From positions 22,258,001 through 22,322,000 of the forward strand of contig OZ249438.1 of assembly GCA_965235115.1 (NCBI GenBank): a stretch of 64,000 nucleotides of DNA, in the 5' to 3' direction. Numbering within the stretch: the first letter of the stretch is position 1; every line of letters starts with the position of its first letter. Under the pieces are notes generated by a model that had not been told where the DNA came from, ran no database searches, and saw only the letters and a list, made by a program, of their open reading frames with translations. Below, piece by piece: positions 24,880 to 36,737 of this stretch. The translations under genes were made by a program, and so were the position numbers. This DNA comes from Laetmonice hystrix. Lineage: Eukaryota.

Positions 24880-27800
24880 TTTTTTTAGGTTTTCTTTTAA
24901 TTACAACCACTTATTGTGTGGGTAAGGATACTTGAGCGAATGTGATCGTTGATCGGTCGGATAGATTCTGAGCGGGGAAGTGACGGTCTGAACACACCTG
25001 AAATCTAACGTATCCCGTACCATACTTAACGAGACAGAACTGCACTTTTACATCTATACTGTCTGTCTTGTATATTCACAGCATTAACCAGAACACAACT
25101 GAATTGTCGGTGGAACCGCAATGGCTGCCCACTGCACACTGGATTGAGAAGTATACCTTGCAAGACGGAGTTGGCAAGCCAGTGGCAAGTCAAGTGGTTT
25201 CAATCCAGCCATAGCCATAAAGTTAATGATGACCTCTTTTTGTCTCTCTTGGTGTAGTTCCTTCTGACAACTGCAATCCTTACAATCTAACAATTTATAA
25301 AAATAACCTTTTCAATATGGCACATTGTGAATTTATGTTCCTTTGGAACCCAAAAAGAAAAAAAGGACGCTAACCAAACTTTTACCTCCATATCCAGGAA
25401 TTTCTGTGCTTCGTTTTTGTAGTTGTAGTTGATGTTATCGTTTGACATTTTGACCGTTTGTGCTTTACCACCTCACAGTTGTAGTGCTGTACAATATTTG
25501 TGCTCAAAATCGGTCACCAAATCATTTCTTGTGCTTCTTAGTGAAACTTTTCTTCAAACACAAATAATATGGCACATGCAATTCCAGAATAAATAGAGCT
25601 TTTGTCTACCTACGAAACTACCACATCTAAAATCCGTTCATCTTTCTCCAATTGTATTGGAGTTTCCAACTTTGTACAACTCTCGGTCAGACTGACGGCT
25701 TCTTGAGCAAAAGTTGTCCCTCTTCCAAGGTCAACCTACGGTCAAGGTCAACTCAGAGGTCAGCCCAAGGTCAAGGTCAACTTAGGACTTGATGGCCCAG
25801 GCTCCACACACAACATTGCCATGGCTTTCCACACAATGACCATTTACAAATGTAGAATTAATGAATGAGGTGCAATATAAAAGGAACTTATGACAATTTG
25901 CTTACTGACTGACTATACATGGCAGATTATGATAAAGTTTGAAAAAAATTCGATTCGAAGGTCCCTCCCACTAACCAGGGACCTCGTAGTCTTCCTTCGT
26001 TTTCCCCCGCTGCAATAATTCTCTGCTAGCCCGCGCATGAACACAAAGCGTTAACTACATTATTTATAATATGATACAGAGTTCCTTCACGGTTAATAAC
26101 ATTGTTTGTATTGATGAGAACATGCTTCTCCTCTGATGTATCTCTTCTTGCGATGAGAAACGCAGGTGTTGCATCACACGGCATGGGAATGGAGAGCTGC
26201 CTTATTTTTTGTTTGTCTGTCAAATTTCAATTTCCTAAGTGTCCACTCGCACTGGCTGACCCCATGAAGAAAGGATCAGACTTGATCGAGGGTTCACAAT
26301 GAAGTTTTGCGCTCTGTTCCCGTCCGGAGAGACCGCTACAACTACTAGTACATCTACAGAGGGTGTTGTAGTGTTTAAAGTCCCCGGCTGCTCCTACCAG
26401 TGACCATGTTTTGTACGTATTACAGTATATATCCCCAAGTACAAACCGGTGTCGCTGTAGATATAATATTAAAGATATGATACAGGCCTACAAGACAGCA
26501 CGTCAGTATTGTAATAGTTAGCAATATAATCTAAATGTCAACAATATCAAAACAGGAAAATTTTCCTACCTGAAAAAACGTCTAGTATGTCCTGTACAAG
26601 TCGTTATGTGTGTATTGCTGCTGCAAGATCTCGCTATATACTGACCTAATAAGTATGGCAATCTACAGAATAACTACACCTTGCTTTTTTCCTTTAAAAT
26701 GTAAATACAACTGCAGTTTACGCCAACTATATCATGGCCACGCCTTCCCCCGCCGCCGTGCGCTATACACTGATCACTCACATTACGATACCAACTGTGT
26801 CACTTTCAGCGACAAGTCGCCATGATGGGTTGCCATGGTAACTGAATGCTTGCAGCTAACCAACCTCAGTACCCTTACTTAGCCTTCTCCTTCGTGGATC
26901 TCTCTTTTCGTAGAGGATAAAGATCACACCCACAGTGTCTTACTACAACGTAACGTCACAATGACATATATATGTATAGTATATACATATCCTACGTATA
27001 TATTCATACATATACTTTGTCAAATGGCACCATATGTTAGCACATTATAAGAGTAATAACCATCTAGTTAAAAACAGGCTTCCAGTGCACAAAACTATTA
27101 GTTTTCTACCTACCATTTTCTTTACCATGGGCTCTGCCCACTTTCCTGGGCAAAAAAAAAATCTAAAAGTTTGACCATCAAGTATGAGGAAACTGATTGT
27201 TAATTGACAGTACAAGACCTTTTCTGTGGCGGATTTTTCCCTTGCCTGTTACCAAACCTGGGTACACTCAGTGAACACATGACCTGGATGGCCATGGTGC
27301 CTAGGATACATACACCTTGTCAACAACAGCCAGACAGGGGTGGGGTTGCAGCACCATCACTTTACAGGGACAAGAGATATTCCGGAGGTCTGTAACTCAA
27401 GTTGTCCCCGCACAGCATCATGTAGGACGGCGGAATTTCCACTACCGTATTAATTCATCATTTCAAAAAACAAAAAATATTTGTGAACCAAATCTTAAAA
27501 TGCTCATAAAGTGCAATTTCACTGAATAGTTTGATGAATGGGTGTTAAAAAGGAAGACGTTCCGATTGTATAGAGACCATTTCCTGGGCAATGAGATGAT
27601 AAAATATGGTCCCGGTTAGGTGTCGTCTAACCCCTACCAACTGTGCTGTACATGGGACAACCTGCCCCTATCGGCTTCACTGACTGGTGTCTGTCGTTTC
27701 TGTGCTGTTTGTTAATATGTTTCAACAGGATACACTCCTCCAGTTCTAACCAATAATTACCTCATCAAAATAAATAGATTGCACGTGAGACGATCCGAAT

Positions 27801-29717
27801 AATGGACACGCTTCAAACGCTGTAAGCGTCTCCTAGTTTTAAGCACCAAAGGTACGTTACATTGAATGATGCGCGATATGGCACAAATTCCCAAATAGTT
27901 GGGGGTAAAATCATCATCATCATCATCATTATACCCATCGTCGTCTTCCTCGCAACTACCACAACTTTCAATCATTACACATGACTGAGCCCATGTTAAC
28001 ATACAGTATCCTCGCCACTCTTGAATACAGACATGTCCCTATAATATCAATTTTATCCAAGCACATCTTGTATCCAAGGCAACACGGCACCGTTGTCCTG
28101 TCGTTGTAAAATGTGACATTTTGCGGACAGTTCAAGAGATGCATGTGTTCTCCTCCCATTTCGCCCACGGTCCCGTCAAAGAGTGGATGGTCCATCTGAT
28201 GTTTTTCCGAGCCGTGCAACAGCACTCCAAAGTTTCTGGACGGTCCATCCAATCCAAGACACCAGCACATGACACACATCCACTAAAAATACTACTAGGA
28301 TGAGTAAATATATAATATATATAATATATATTAATAAAGAAAACCTTCCAACATGGTTTGCACCTGTATGCCCTGTCCTATCACTTTGCCATCTGTCCTC
28401 CACACCTCGCGAATCGACTGCCCCTCGGGTGGGTGGGTTTGTCATCCTGACCGCGGCCTCAACGGCCCCCAGTCCGTCCGCACGTACGTATAGACGTAAT
28501 CAAATAACAATGCATGCAGTTAAAATAGGAACTGCCACAAAACTGGTGTTTAACACGAACAAACACAGGCACACTGCACTGCTGACAAGACTCACTTCTG
28601 AATTGTAGCTTCACTGACCTATCTGTTGGGACTTTGTTGTCAACCTGATCTGATCTGGCAACATGACCTGAAGGACACAGCGACATAATTTTCGTCCTCC
28701 TTATGATGTGCCCTTTTTTCAAAAGGAGGGTGGTATTTAGACCCGAGTCTTCCACTGAAAATATACATGTAGATACATCAATATCTATGTATACATATAT
28801 GCTTTAAAAGCCAAACCATTGTGAAGTGCCTTTAGACACTGAAGTGCGACACTCGTTCGTTGTGATGATGTGTTCGTTCCTTTGAGACCAAATGAAAGCA
28901 GTCGGCTCCCTTCTCCATGGGTGAAGTGTTACTCCAAACGTCGGCACGGCCTAACCTTGTGCTTTGATTCACTGCAAACCTTGAAACCCTGGTACCCTCT
29001 GTTTTTTTCGATGTATTTCTTATCGCCTTGATTATCTCGATTATCACATTCAGTTAAGAATAAACATATTGCTTGAGACACCTTGTACTTGATAACAGCC
29101 ATTCGTGGCGACTCAAAAGTCAAGATAACTGTGTACTTGACACTCAATCAAGTATGGCTTCTCCACATACTGAGCAGCTTCCGGAGACCAAGTACGTCCT
29201 ACTGTAGAAATATTTGAGTATTTGTTGGGTTTTTGTGTGTGTCATGCAGACCACTATCAAAGAATTACATCCGGCCTGAAGGTATGCCACGTCTCTTCCC
29301 GTATAAGAACGTTACAAATATATATAATAATGTATGACAATGTGGGAGCATCCTAATATTGTGCCAATCCCAAATTTTTCCGAGTGTTGCAATCTGCATA
29401 AATGCGTTCATTTTTAGAATAGCGCCTAATATACATTTATAAGTAGGTTATCAAGGGACTGCCATCGATAGTGGGGCTTTTTGATATTGTGATATTTTTA
29501 AAATCAATCATCATGCATACAAAGATACTGATCAATAATATAAACAGACCTGTATAAGATATACAGGGTTTTCAGACAAAACTGATATTACCGATAATTT
29601 TCTTTACCGAATATTCAATACATAACTTGACAGTGGAGACAAAACAACGGTCAAATTGTGACACCAGATAGTCAACACAATAACAATATTCGATGAGATG
29701 AATCACGTGCTCTAAAA
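24880..29717 (-). other. Probable long 3' UTR / downstream region of BCL11 (end not defined)
   Basis: AT-rich, no credible ORF, directly follows the stop codon. Long 3' UTRs are typical of vertebrate BCL11 genes. The left boundary is a guess, based on a minus-strand ATTAAA near 24895-24901. Confidence 0.3.
25728..25779 (+). promoter_or_regulatory. Cluster of AGGTCA nuclear-receptor-type half-sites
   Basis: AGGTCA at 25728, 25745, 25757, 25768 and 25774 plus CGGTCA at 25739; includes TCAAGGTCA and a DR0 arrangement. Function is not shown. Confidence 0.35.
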
Positions 29718-32011
29718 TCAATCGATGTGGTCCATTTTTGAGAGGGCTGGTGAGGCTGAGGAGCCGAGACTGTTTGTCCCTGGGGTGCTGCTTGCACTGA
29801 CTGAGCCAGCATTCTGGTTCTCCACGCACTTTCGCATGTGCTTTTCTAGAGTGCTTGGCACAGAGAATGGCATGTTGCAGAATTTGCAGCGGTAGACATC
29901 TTTACCCATCCGTCCATGTGTCTTCATGTGACGAGTGAGCTTCGAAGACTGTGCACAGGCGTACGAGCATAACTCACATCGATATGGCTTCTCCCCTGTA
30001 TGTGAACGACGATGCACTGTCAGGTTCGAGCAGTTCTTGAACACCTTTCCACAGAATTCGCAAGTGTCATTACGGCGCTGTTCTTTGCTGGGACGCACGC
30101 CAACCAACGAGGAAGGATTCGACACTGTGGGCGAGGAGGCCAAGGACGGCGCGAGCCCAAGCGCACTTAGACTCGTGCTCGGTTTAGGACTATGTACCAG
30201 AGAATCCACTGTATAGGCACTTTCATGATGGTGGCCGTTTTCATGAGAGTGCGGCACTGGTAGCATTTGATCTGGTGACCCCATCCCGCTGTGTGGCACC
30301 ATGGCGTTCATGGCTCCGATAAATAAGTCTCGATGTGAGCTTGTCGGCGGGAACCAGATGCGGGGGAAGAACGGTTCCATGTGGTTGGGTACTAGGTTCT
30401 GTTCCTGAGGCTCCAACTTGATACGCTTGCTGTCCGGTCCGGACTCTAGGTCCGGCAATGATCCGTGGATCTTACCACTGTTCTCCATACCAATGGAATC
30501 ACCTTCACTGTGACCATTCTCCGTGATCGTCTCACTGTGCTCTGGCTTCGGCTGGATGCCCTGGCGCCGCTTGCTTTCTTCTAAAGCCTGTCGGAAGGCT
30601 TCACTATACGCCTGGATTGAATTGAGTCCAGTGTTCTCCATGACTTCACTGAGTAAAGTGGCACCAGCGGGTTTCTCTCCCACAGAAAGATCGGTAGGCG
30701 TTTCGTTGCTATCGTCCTCGAAGGAAAACTCCAACTTCTTGGGGTTGGGATGGGGAGCGGAGAGGTCAGTGGGCTCGTCTTGGATGGCGCCCATCTTCCT
30801 GGCCTCCTCCATGGCACGCTCCTCATCCTCACTCTCGCTGTCCTCGGATTCACCCTCACCCTTCGACAGCTTGGAGTCAGGCGTGCTGCTCGACGACCTC
30901 ATCGAGTTCTCAGAGCCCGTGGACATTGAAGACGCTTGTGAGAGGGAGGAGGACATGCCATGGTGGCGCGACGAATGTGTCTTCATGTGCCTCTTGAGCT
31001 TCGAGGCCTGAGTGCAGGCGTGTGGGCACATGGGGCACTTGAACGGCTTCTCTCCCGTGTGAGAGCGCCGGTGCACAATGAGGTTACTCTGGAACCGGAA
31101 GCACTTGCCACAGAATTCACAAGCCTTGGCCTTTCCTGGTGTGACCGCCCCCGACGATGACTTCGGACTGCTGTCGCCGGCGGGAGTTGGTGAGGTGGCT
31201 GTCGGGGACTTAGAGAAAGGTGTTAGCTGGCCGGGGTATTGGGCCGAGTGTTTGGGACTGGGCGAGTGCGGTGACGGGCTGTTGGTTCCTGCTAACTGTC
31301 GCAGGCGCTGTGAGTAAAAGTCCAGTGCCGACCCTTCCAGGGGGACGGCCGGGGACAGTGGGTGACGGTGGTGGCGTTCGAAGGGGTTTGGGAACCCCGG
31401 TATCGCTGATGGCGGCGGCTCGAAGTTTGGGGGCATGCCAGGAAAACGCTGGAACGGGTCGGGTATGAGGTCAAGTCTGAAGTCGCAGTGAGGGGGTCGG
31501 CTGAAGGGGCCGTGGTTGACGAGAACCGGGGAGATTGGGGGACGCTCCCCTCCCGAACCCGGCATTCGGAACATAAAAGGCGGGTGAGGCTGAGACAGCA
31601 TGTCCATACCCATACTGATGGCTGGCGGTGAGCTGGCCGGGCGGGGTTGTTGGGGTAAACTCTTGGAATGAAGCGAGGTCGGGGACTGCTGCGGACCGAC
31701 GGGCCGCTCCTCCTTGGGTTTGGGCGTGGGTGAACTCTCCGAGTTCTCTCGCTTCGGCTTCGTCTTCGCTTTGTCCTCTTTCGAAGGACTGGGACTTGGG
31801 TTGGCGACGGGCGTGCGCTGCCCCCCTGAGTTTTCACAGGACTTTTCCCTGTCGTGGTGGTGATGGTGGTGGTGTCGTTCATGGTTCCGATCACGCTGTC
31901 GGAGCAAGTCCTCGTAGATTTTCAACCCGTGCTTTCCCTGCGCGTGCTGCAGCAGTGCCCATGCCGACGTGAAGCCATCTTTGCACGACCCGCACGTGAA
32001 CTGGCTTGGTT
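29718..32011 (-). CDS. BCL11: BCL11A/BCL11B (CTIP) family C2H2 zinc-finger transcription factor, terminal coding exon (764 codons plus TGA)
   Basis: ZF1 EPSQFTCGSCKDGFTSAWALLQHAQGKHGLKIY (31929-32000). ZF2-3 CEFCGKCFRFQSNLIVHRRSHTGEKPFKC..HACTQASKLKRHMKTH (30975-31121). ZF4-6 CEFCGKVFKNCSNLTVHRRSHTGEKPYRCELCSYACAQSSKLTRHMKTHGRMGKDVYRCKFCNMPFSVPSTLEKHMRKC (29826-30062). All are near-identical to human BCL11A as recalled. Conserved linker motifs: PFMFRMPG, LDFYSQRLRQLAG, SIQAYSEAFRQAL, KRIKLE. The ORF-track start MFCCVFT is intronic; the exon starts after TTTACAG in phase 1. Confidence 0.97.
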
Positions 32012-32045
32012 CTGTAAACACACAACAAAACACCGTATGTTAGTC
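32012..32045 (-). promoter_or_regulatory. 3' splice site and branch point of the BCL11 terminal exon
   Basis: Minus strand reads GACTAAC (32045-32039)-atacggtgttttgttgtgtgtttACAG/AACCAAGC: a consensus branch point about 28 nt upstream of a CAG acceptor. Confidence 0.85.
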
Positions 32046-34278
32046 ACCTGTCGTGCAAGCTGATCGGAAAACAATTGTTCATTTTACACCTTTTGGGGAA
32101 GAAACAACGAGCCAGTTAATCATTAATTTCAAATCATCAACACAATTTCACAATTAAAATCTAATTCTGCTGTTACGAGTCTTTTTTCAAAACAGCAAAA
32201 GCCTGGTTTCATCTTCCATAAAACACTACAGTTACACAGCAACATTCAAGGTGACATTGGCAAGGAGCCAAAATCCATGATCAAAGGATATCGACAATGT
32301 GGGTATTTTTCAAGGTTGCTGCCCTGAAATAAAAACCTAATGGACATGTGTTTCGTTACTCTTTCCGTTACAATCATGGACTGTACGTGGCAGTGGGGAA
32401 ATAACACCTGAAACATTACATTCAAGAGATCGCCAGATCTTTTACGGAAAAGTCTCTGGAAGTGAATCTACTTATTTAACAGACCTCTCATCAATAAAGA
32501 ATGGCAAACCGACTTCTTCATCAGGTGAACCTTCTCGGATCATTGTCTGCCACATGTTTTCATGTGTCTGTCAGGTATAGTAAGTATATGAGTAACCGAG
32601 TTGTAATAACCTGGACAACTGAGTGCGTGGAGGTGAGTGTAGGGATGGGGGGAGGGGGGGGGGACTCCGGCTCAAGTGGCGAGACAGTGGTCCGGTAACG
32701 TCTACACGAGGGATCTTCAGGCTTAAGAGCATGTGAAAAAAGTAAGTGGTTAGAGGGCGGGGGTGGGGTGGGAGTGGGGTCTGTGTGCTGGGTGGGATTC
32801 AAATCCATCACCCGCCTAAAAGGCAGATCCTATGACACACTGTTGCCCACATATTGCATAATGACCTTGACCTTGATTTGAGGGCATGTCCTCCTGGGGT
32901 CAGTGAATGACAGGCCCTCTGGTGGCAGCCTAGGGGGTACGCCGGGTGGGGTAACACTAATGACCCCACCTCCTGTAGCCCCGGTAACTGGTGAAGTTGG
33001 TTTGATGTAATACGCTAGCAGGCCGAGTCAGTGGGGAGTCGCCTCCGTGGGTTTGTGATACAGAGAATCGGCACCCATCTCACTGCCCGCTGCCCTCTGA
33101 CGCCCGCCCCTTGCCATCCTTCCAACCTATCACTCTTCTAATGGGCTCCTCAGGGGCTAGCCACGCCAAACATTCCTGTTGGTGGCTTTTTTTTCTTTCT
33201 CTCCGAGGCCAGTGTTCTAGTCTGGCTGTGACCAGCAGGTCCGAACTGTTCCGGTCGGACCACGTGATCCCGCTTCCCTCCACGCCCATCCCGCGTAACA
33301 TGACCAGCTCAACAAGGACCCGCATACCGCCGATTCTACCACTCTGTGTGGCCTGCCAACTCCGGAGAACCAGAACCACAATGAATTACAACATTTGTAT
33401 AAAGGAAACCATCAGAGGTTGTTAAAGAAACATGTAAACAACTATAATATAGATAGTATAATTCTATATTAGCAGCTGCTCTCTAATATACCATAACCTG
33501 GTGTTATTCCCGCCTCTCTGAGGGCAAGACATTCCTCAACGCTCTTTTAATGGTTCACTGTAAAAAGCGCCGATTGCGTGGATGTGTTGTTTGCCGCTGA
33601 CCCTGCCTGGCAACTGTATCCAGGAGCGACATACAGCGTTGACAAGAGCCGGGCAGAGAGAGGGAAATGGACGATCAAATTTCAACTGACACACACATGA
33701 GGGTGATAACCAGGGCAAAAGTCCCGTCCAAAACGTCACTATTTGCAGAGTTATTTATCTCCTCAAGGGCGGGGGCGGATATTCGGGTTCGTCTGTAACA
33801 ATATGCTTACATGACCGTAGAACATGCAGCAACTTTTGTTCCATGTGAAAAAGTTACATTAAAGCTTACTTTGTCATTGGAAAATCGCTTGTTTCGCGGA
33901 ATCCGGTCATGTGACCTCAAAACCCCGCGGTCGGGGAATTTGGTTTGAACAGCTTTCATTTTCATGTTTTATTTTTCTTTAAACCACAGATGGTTTAATA
34001 CCAATAAGAAAAGACTAAACTTCATTCTGCCGACCCTCCATCTTCATCCATTGAGTCATCAATTAATCATAATTGAATAATACCAATCTTCACCCAAAAT
34101 AATCCGTGTGAAAAATCACAACCAGATACATATTTAGGGTCAAATTGATTTCAGCGACATATTTATAGATGAATGGTCGCCACTCACAATTCGCTGGAGA
34201 GTGGACAGTCGGACAATGTGGCTGGCTAACCTATTATAATGTTCGTCCAATCGGTCCACTCACATACCACTGAGTCCT

Positions 34279-36495
34279 GTTTGGTGGGAGGTAGGAGGGG
34301 TGGTGGTGTGACCATCAGAGTTGGGTTAGGTGTCGGGGGTGGGGATCTAGACGTTTGGTGGGAGGTAGGAGGGGTGGAGGTGTGACCATCAGAGTTGGGT
34401 TGGGTGTCGGGGGTGGGGATCTAGACGTTTGGTGGGAGGTAGGAGGGGTGGTGGTGTGACCATCAGAGTTGGGTTGGGTGTCGGGGTGGGGATCTAGACG
34501 TTTGGTGGGAGGTAGGAGGGGTGGAGGTGTGACCATCAGAGTTGGGTTGGGTGTCGGGAGTGGGGATCTAGACGTTTGGTGGGAGGTAGGAGGGGTGGAG
34601 GTGTGACCATCAGAGTTGGGTTGGGTGTCGGGGGTGGGGATCTAGACGTTTGGTGGGAGGTAGGAGCGGTGGTGGTGTGACCATCAGAGTTGGGTTAGGT
34701 GTCGGGGGTGGGGATCTAGACGTTTGGTGGGAGGTAGGAGGGGTGGAGGTGTGACCATCAGAGTTGGGTTGGGTGTCGGGGGTGGGGATCTAGACGTTTG
34801 GTGGGAGGTAGGAGGGGTGGTGGTGTGACCATCAGAGTTGGGTTGGGTGTCGGGGGTGGGGATCTAGACGTTTGGTGGGAGGTAGGAGGGGTGGTGGTGT
34901 GACCATCAGAGTTGGGTTAGGTGTCGGGGGTGGGGATCTAGACGTTTGGTGGGAGGTAGGAGAGGTTTGGTGTGACCATCAGAGTTGGGTTAGGTGTCGG
35001 GGGTGGGGATCTAGACGTTTGGTGGGAGGTAGGAGGGGTGGTGGTGTGACCATCAGAGTTGGGTTGGGTGTCGGGGGTGGGGATCTAGACGTTTGGTGGG
35101 AGGTAGGAGGGGTGGTGGTGTGACCATCAGAGTTGGGTTGGGTGTCGGGGGTGGGGATCTAGACGTTTGGTGGGAGGTAGGAGGGGTGGTGGTGTGACCA
35201 TCAGAGTTGGGTTGGGTGTCGGGGGTGTGGATCTAGACGTTTGGTGGGAGGTAGGAGGGGTGGTGGTGTGACCATCAGAGTTGGGTTGGGTGTCGGGGGT
35301 GGGGATCTAGACGTTTGGTGGGAGGTAGGAGGGATGGTGGTGTGACCATCAGAGTTGGGTTGGGTGTCGGGGTGGGGATCTAGACGTTTGGTGGGAGGTA
35401 GGAGGGGTGGTGGTGTGACCATCAGAGTTGGGTTGGGTGTCGGGGGTGGGGATCTAGACGTTTGGTGGGAGGTAGGAGGGGTGGTGGTGTGACCATCAGA
35501 GTTGGGTTGGGTGTCGGGGGTGGGGATCTAGACGTTTGGTGGGAGGTAGGAGGGGGGTTGGTGTGACCATCAGAGTTGGGTTGGGTGTCGGGGGTGGGGA
35601 TCTAGACGTTTGGTGGGAGGTAGGACGGGGGTTGGTGTGACCATCAGAGTTGGGTTGGGTGTCGGGGGTGGGGATCTAGACGTTTGGTGGGAGGTAGGAG
35701 GGGTGGTGGTGTGACCATCAGAGTTGGGTTGGGTGTCGGGGTGGGGATCTAGACGTTTGGTGGGAGGTAGGAGGGGTGGTGGTGTGACCATCAGAGTTGG
35801 GTTGGGTGTCGGGGTGGGGATCTAGACGTTTGGTGGGAGGTAGGAGAGGTTTGGTGTGACCATCAGAGTTGGGTTGGGTGTCGGGGTGGGGATCTAGACG
35901 TTTGGTGGGAGGTAGGAGGGGTGGAGGTGTGACCATCAGAGTTGAGTTGGGTGTCGGGGGTGGGGATCTAGACGTTTGGTGGGAGGTAGGAGGGGTGGTG
36001 GTGTGACCATCAGAGTTGGGTTGGGTGTCGGGGGTGGGGATCTAGACGTTTAGTGGGAGGTAGGAGGGGTGGTGGTGTGACCATCAGAGTTGGGTTGGGT
36101 GTCGGGGGTGGGGATCTAGACGTTTAGTGGGAGGTAGGAGGGGTGGTGGTGTGACCATCAGAGTTGGGTTAGGTGTCGGGGGTGGGGATCTAGACGTTTG
36201 GTGGGAGGTAGGAGGGGTGGTGGTGTGACCATCAGAGTTGGGTTGGGTGTCGGGGTGGGGATCTAGACGTTTGGTGGGAGGTAGGAGGGGTGGTGGTGTG
36301 ACCATCAGAGTTGGGATGGGTGTCGGGGGTGGGGATCTAGACGTTTGGTGGGAGGTAGGAGGGGTGGTGGTGTGACCATCAGAGTTGGGTTGGGTGTCGG
36401 GGGTGGGGATCTAGACGTTTGGTGGGAGGTAGGAGGGGTGGTGGTGTGACCATCAGAGTTGGGATGGGTGTCGGGGGTGGGGATCTAGACGTTTG
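34279..36495. repeat. G-rich minisatellite, 74-bp unit (some 73-bp), about 30 copies
   Basis: Unit GTTTGGTGGGAGGTAGGAGGGGTGGTGGTGTGACCATCAGAGTTGGGTTGGGTGTCGGGGGTGGGGATCTAGAC; very homogeneous. Confidence 0.98.
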
Positions 36496-36737
36496 AGCCA
36501 CGTTGGCCGTCTTTACTCGCACTCAACGCCTTGTGTCACCTGGACGTTAGATGTGTCAACACCCACTGTCTGCCGGCTGCGGTTATACACACCACTCATT
36601 TTTACTGTCTATCTTTTCCAGCTTTCCACTTATTCCGACCCCTCCCGCTTTCTGTCCACCCTGCCACCATACACGAGACACTTCATCCGGACCTCACTTA
36701 ACCTGACAAGGACCTCCAAACTATCAGTCCGACGGGT

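Noticed and set aside
23757-24888. Several overlapping GC-rich ORFs of 100-184 aa on both strands as stand-alone genes
   Set aside because: No recognisable domain; long frames are expected at this GC content. Kept only as a possible exon in one finding.
32012-32033. ORF-track start MFCCVFT as the BCL11 N-terminus
   Set aside because: The first codon is GTG and the segment is the polypyrimidine tract and acceptor of an intron
29935-32063. Antisense and alternate-frame ORFs overlapping the BCL11 exon
   Set aside because: Shadow ORFs of a GC-rich coding exon
32745-32815. tRNA or SINE head (AGTGGTTAGAG ... GATTCAAATCC)
   Set aside because: A- and B-box-like strings only; the intervening sequence is G-runs and no cloverleaf forms
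34315-36305. Repeating Pro/Thr-rich ORFs (MVTPPPLLPPTKRLDPH...)
   Set aside because: Translations of a 74/73-bp satellite whose unit is not a multiple of three
34279-36495. Telomere-like repeat
   Set aside because: No tandem TTAGGG; only scattered GGGTT/GGTTAGG inside a 74-bp unit
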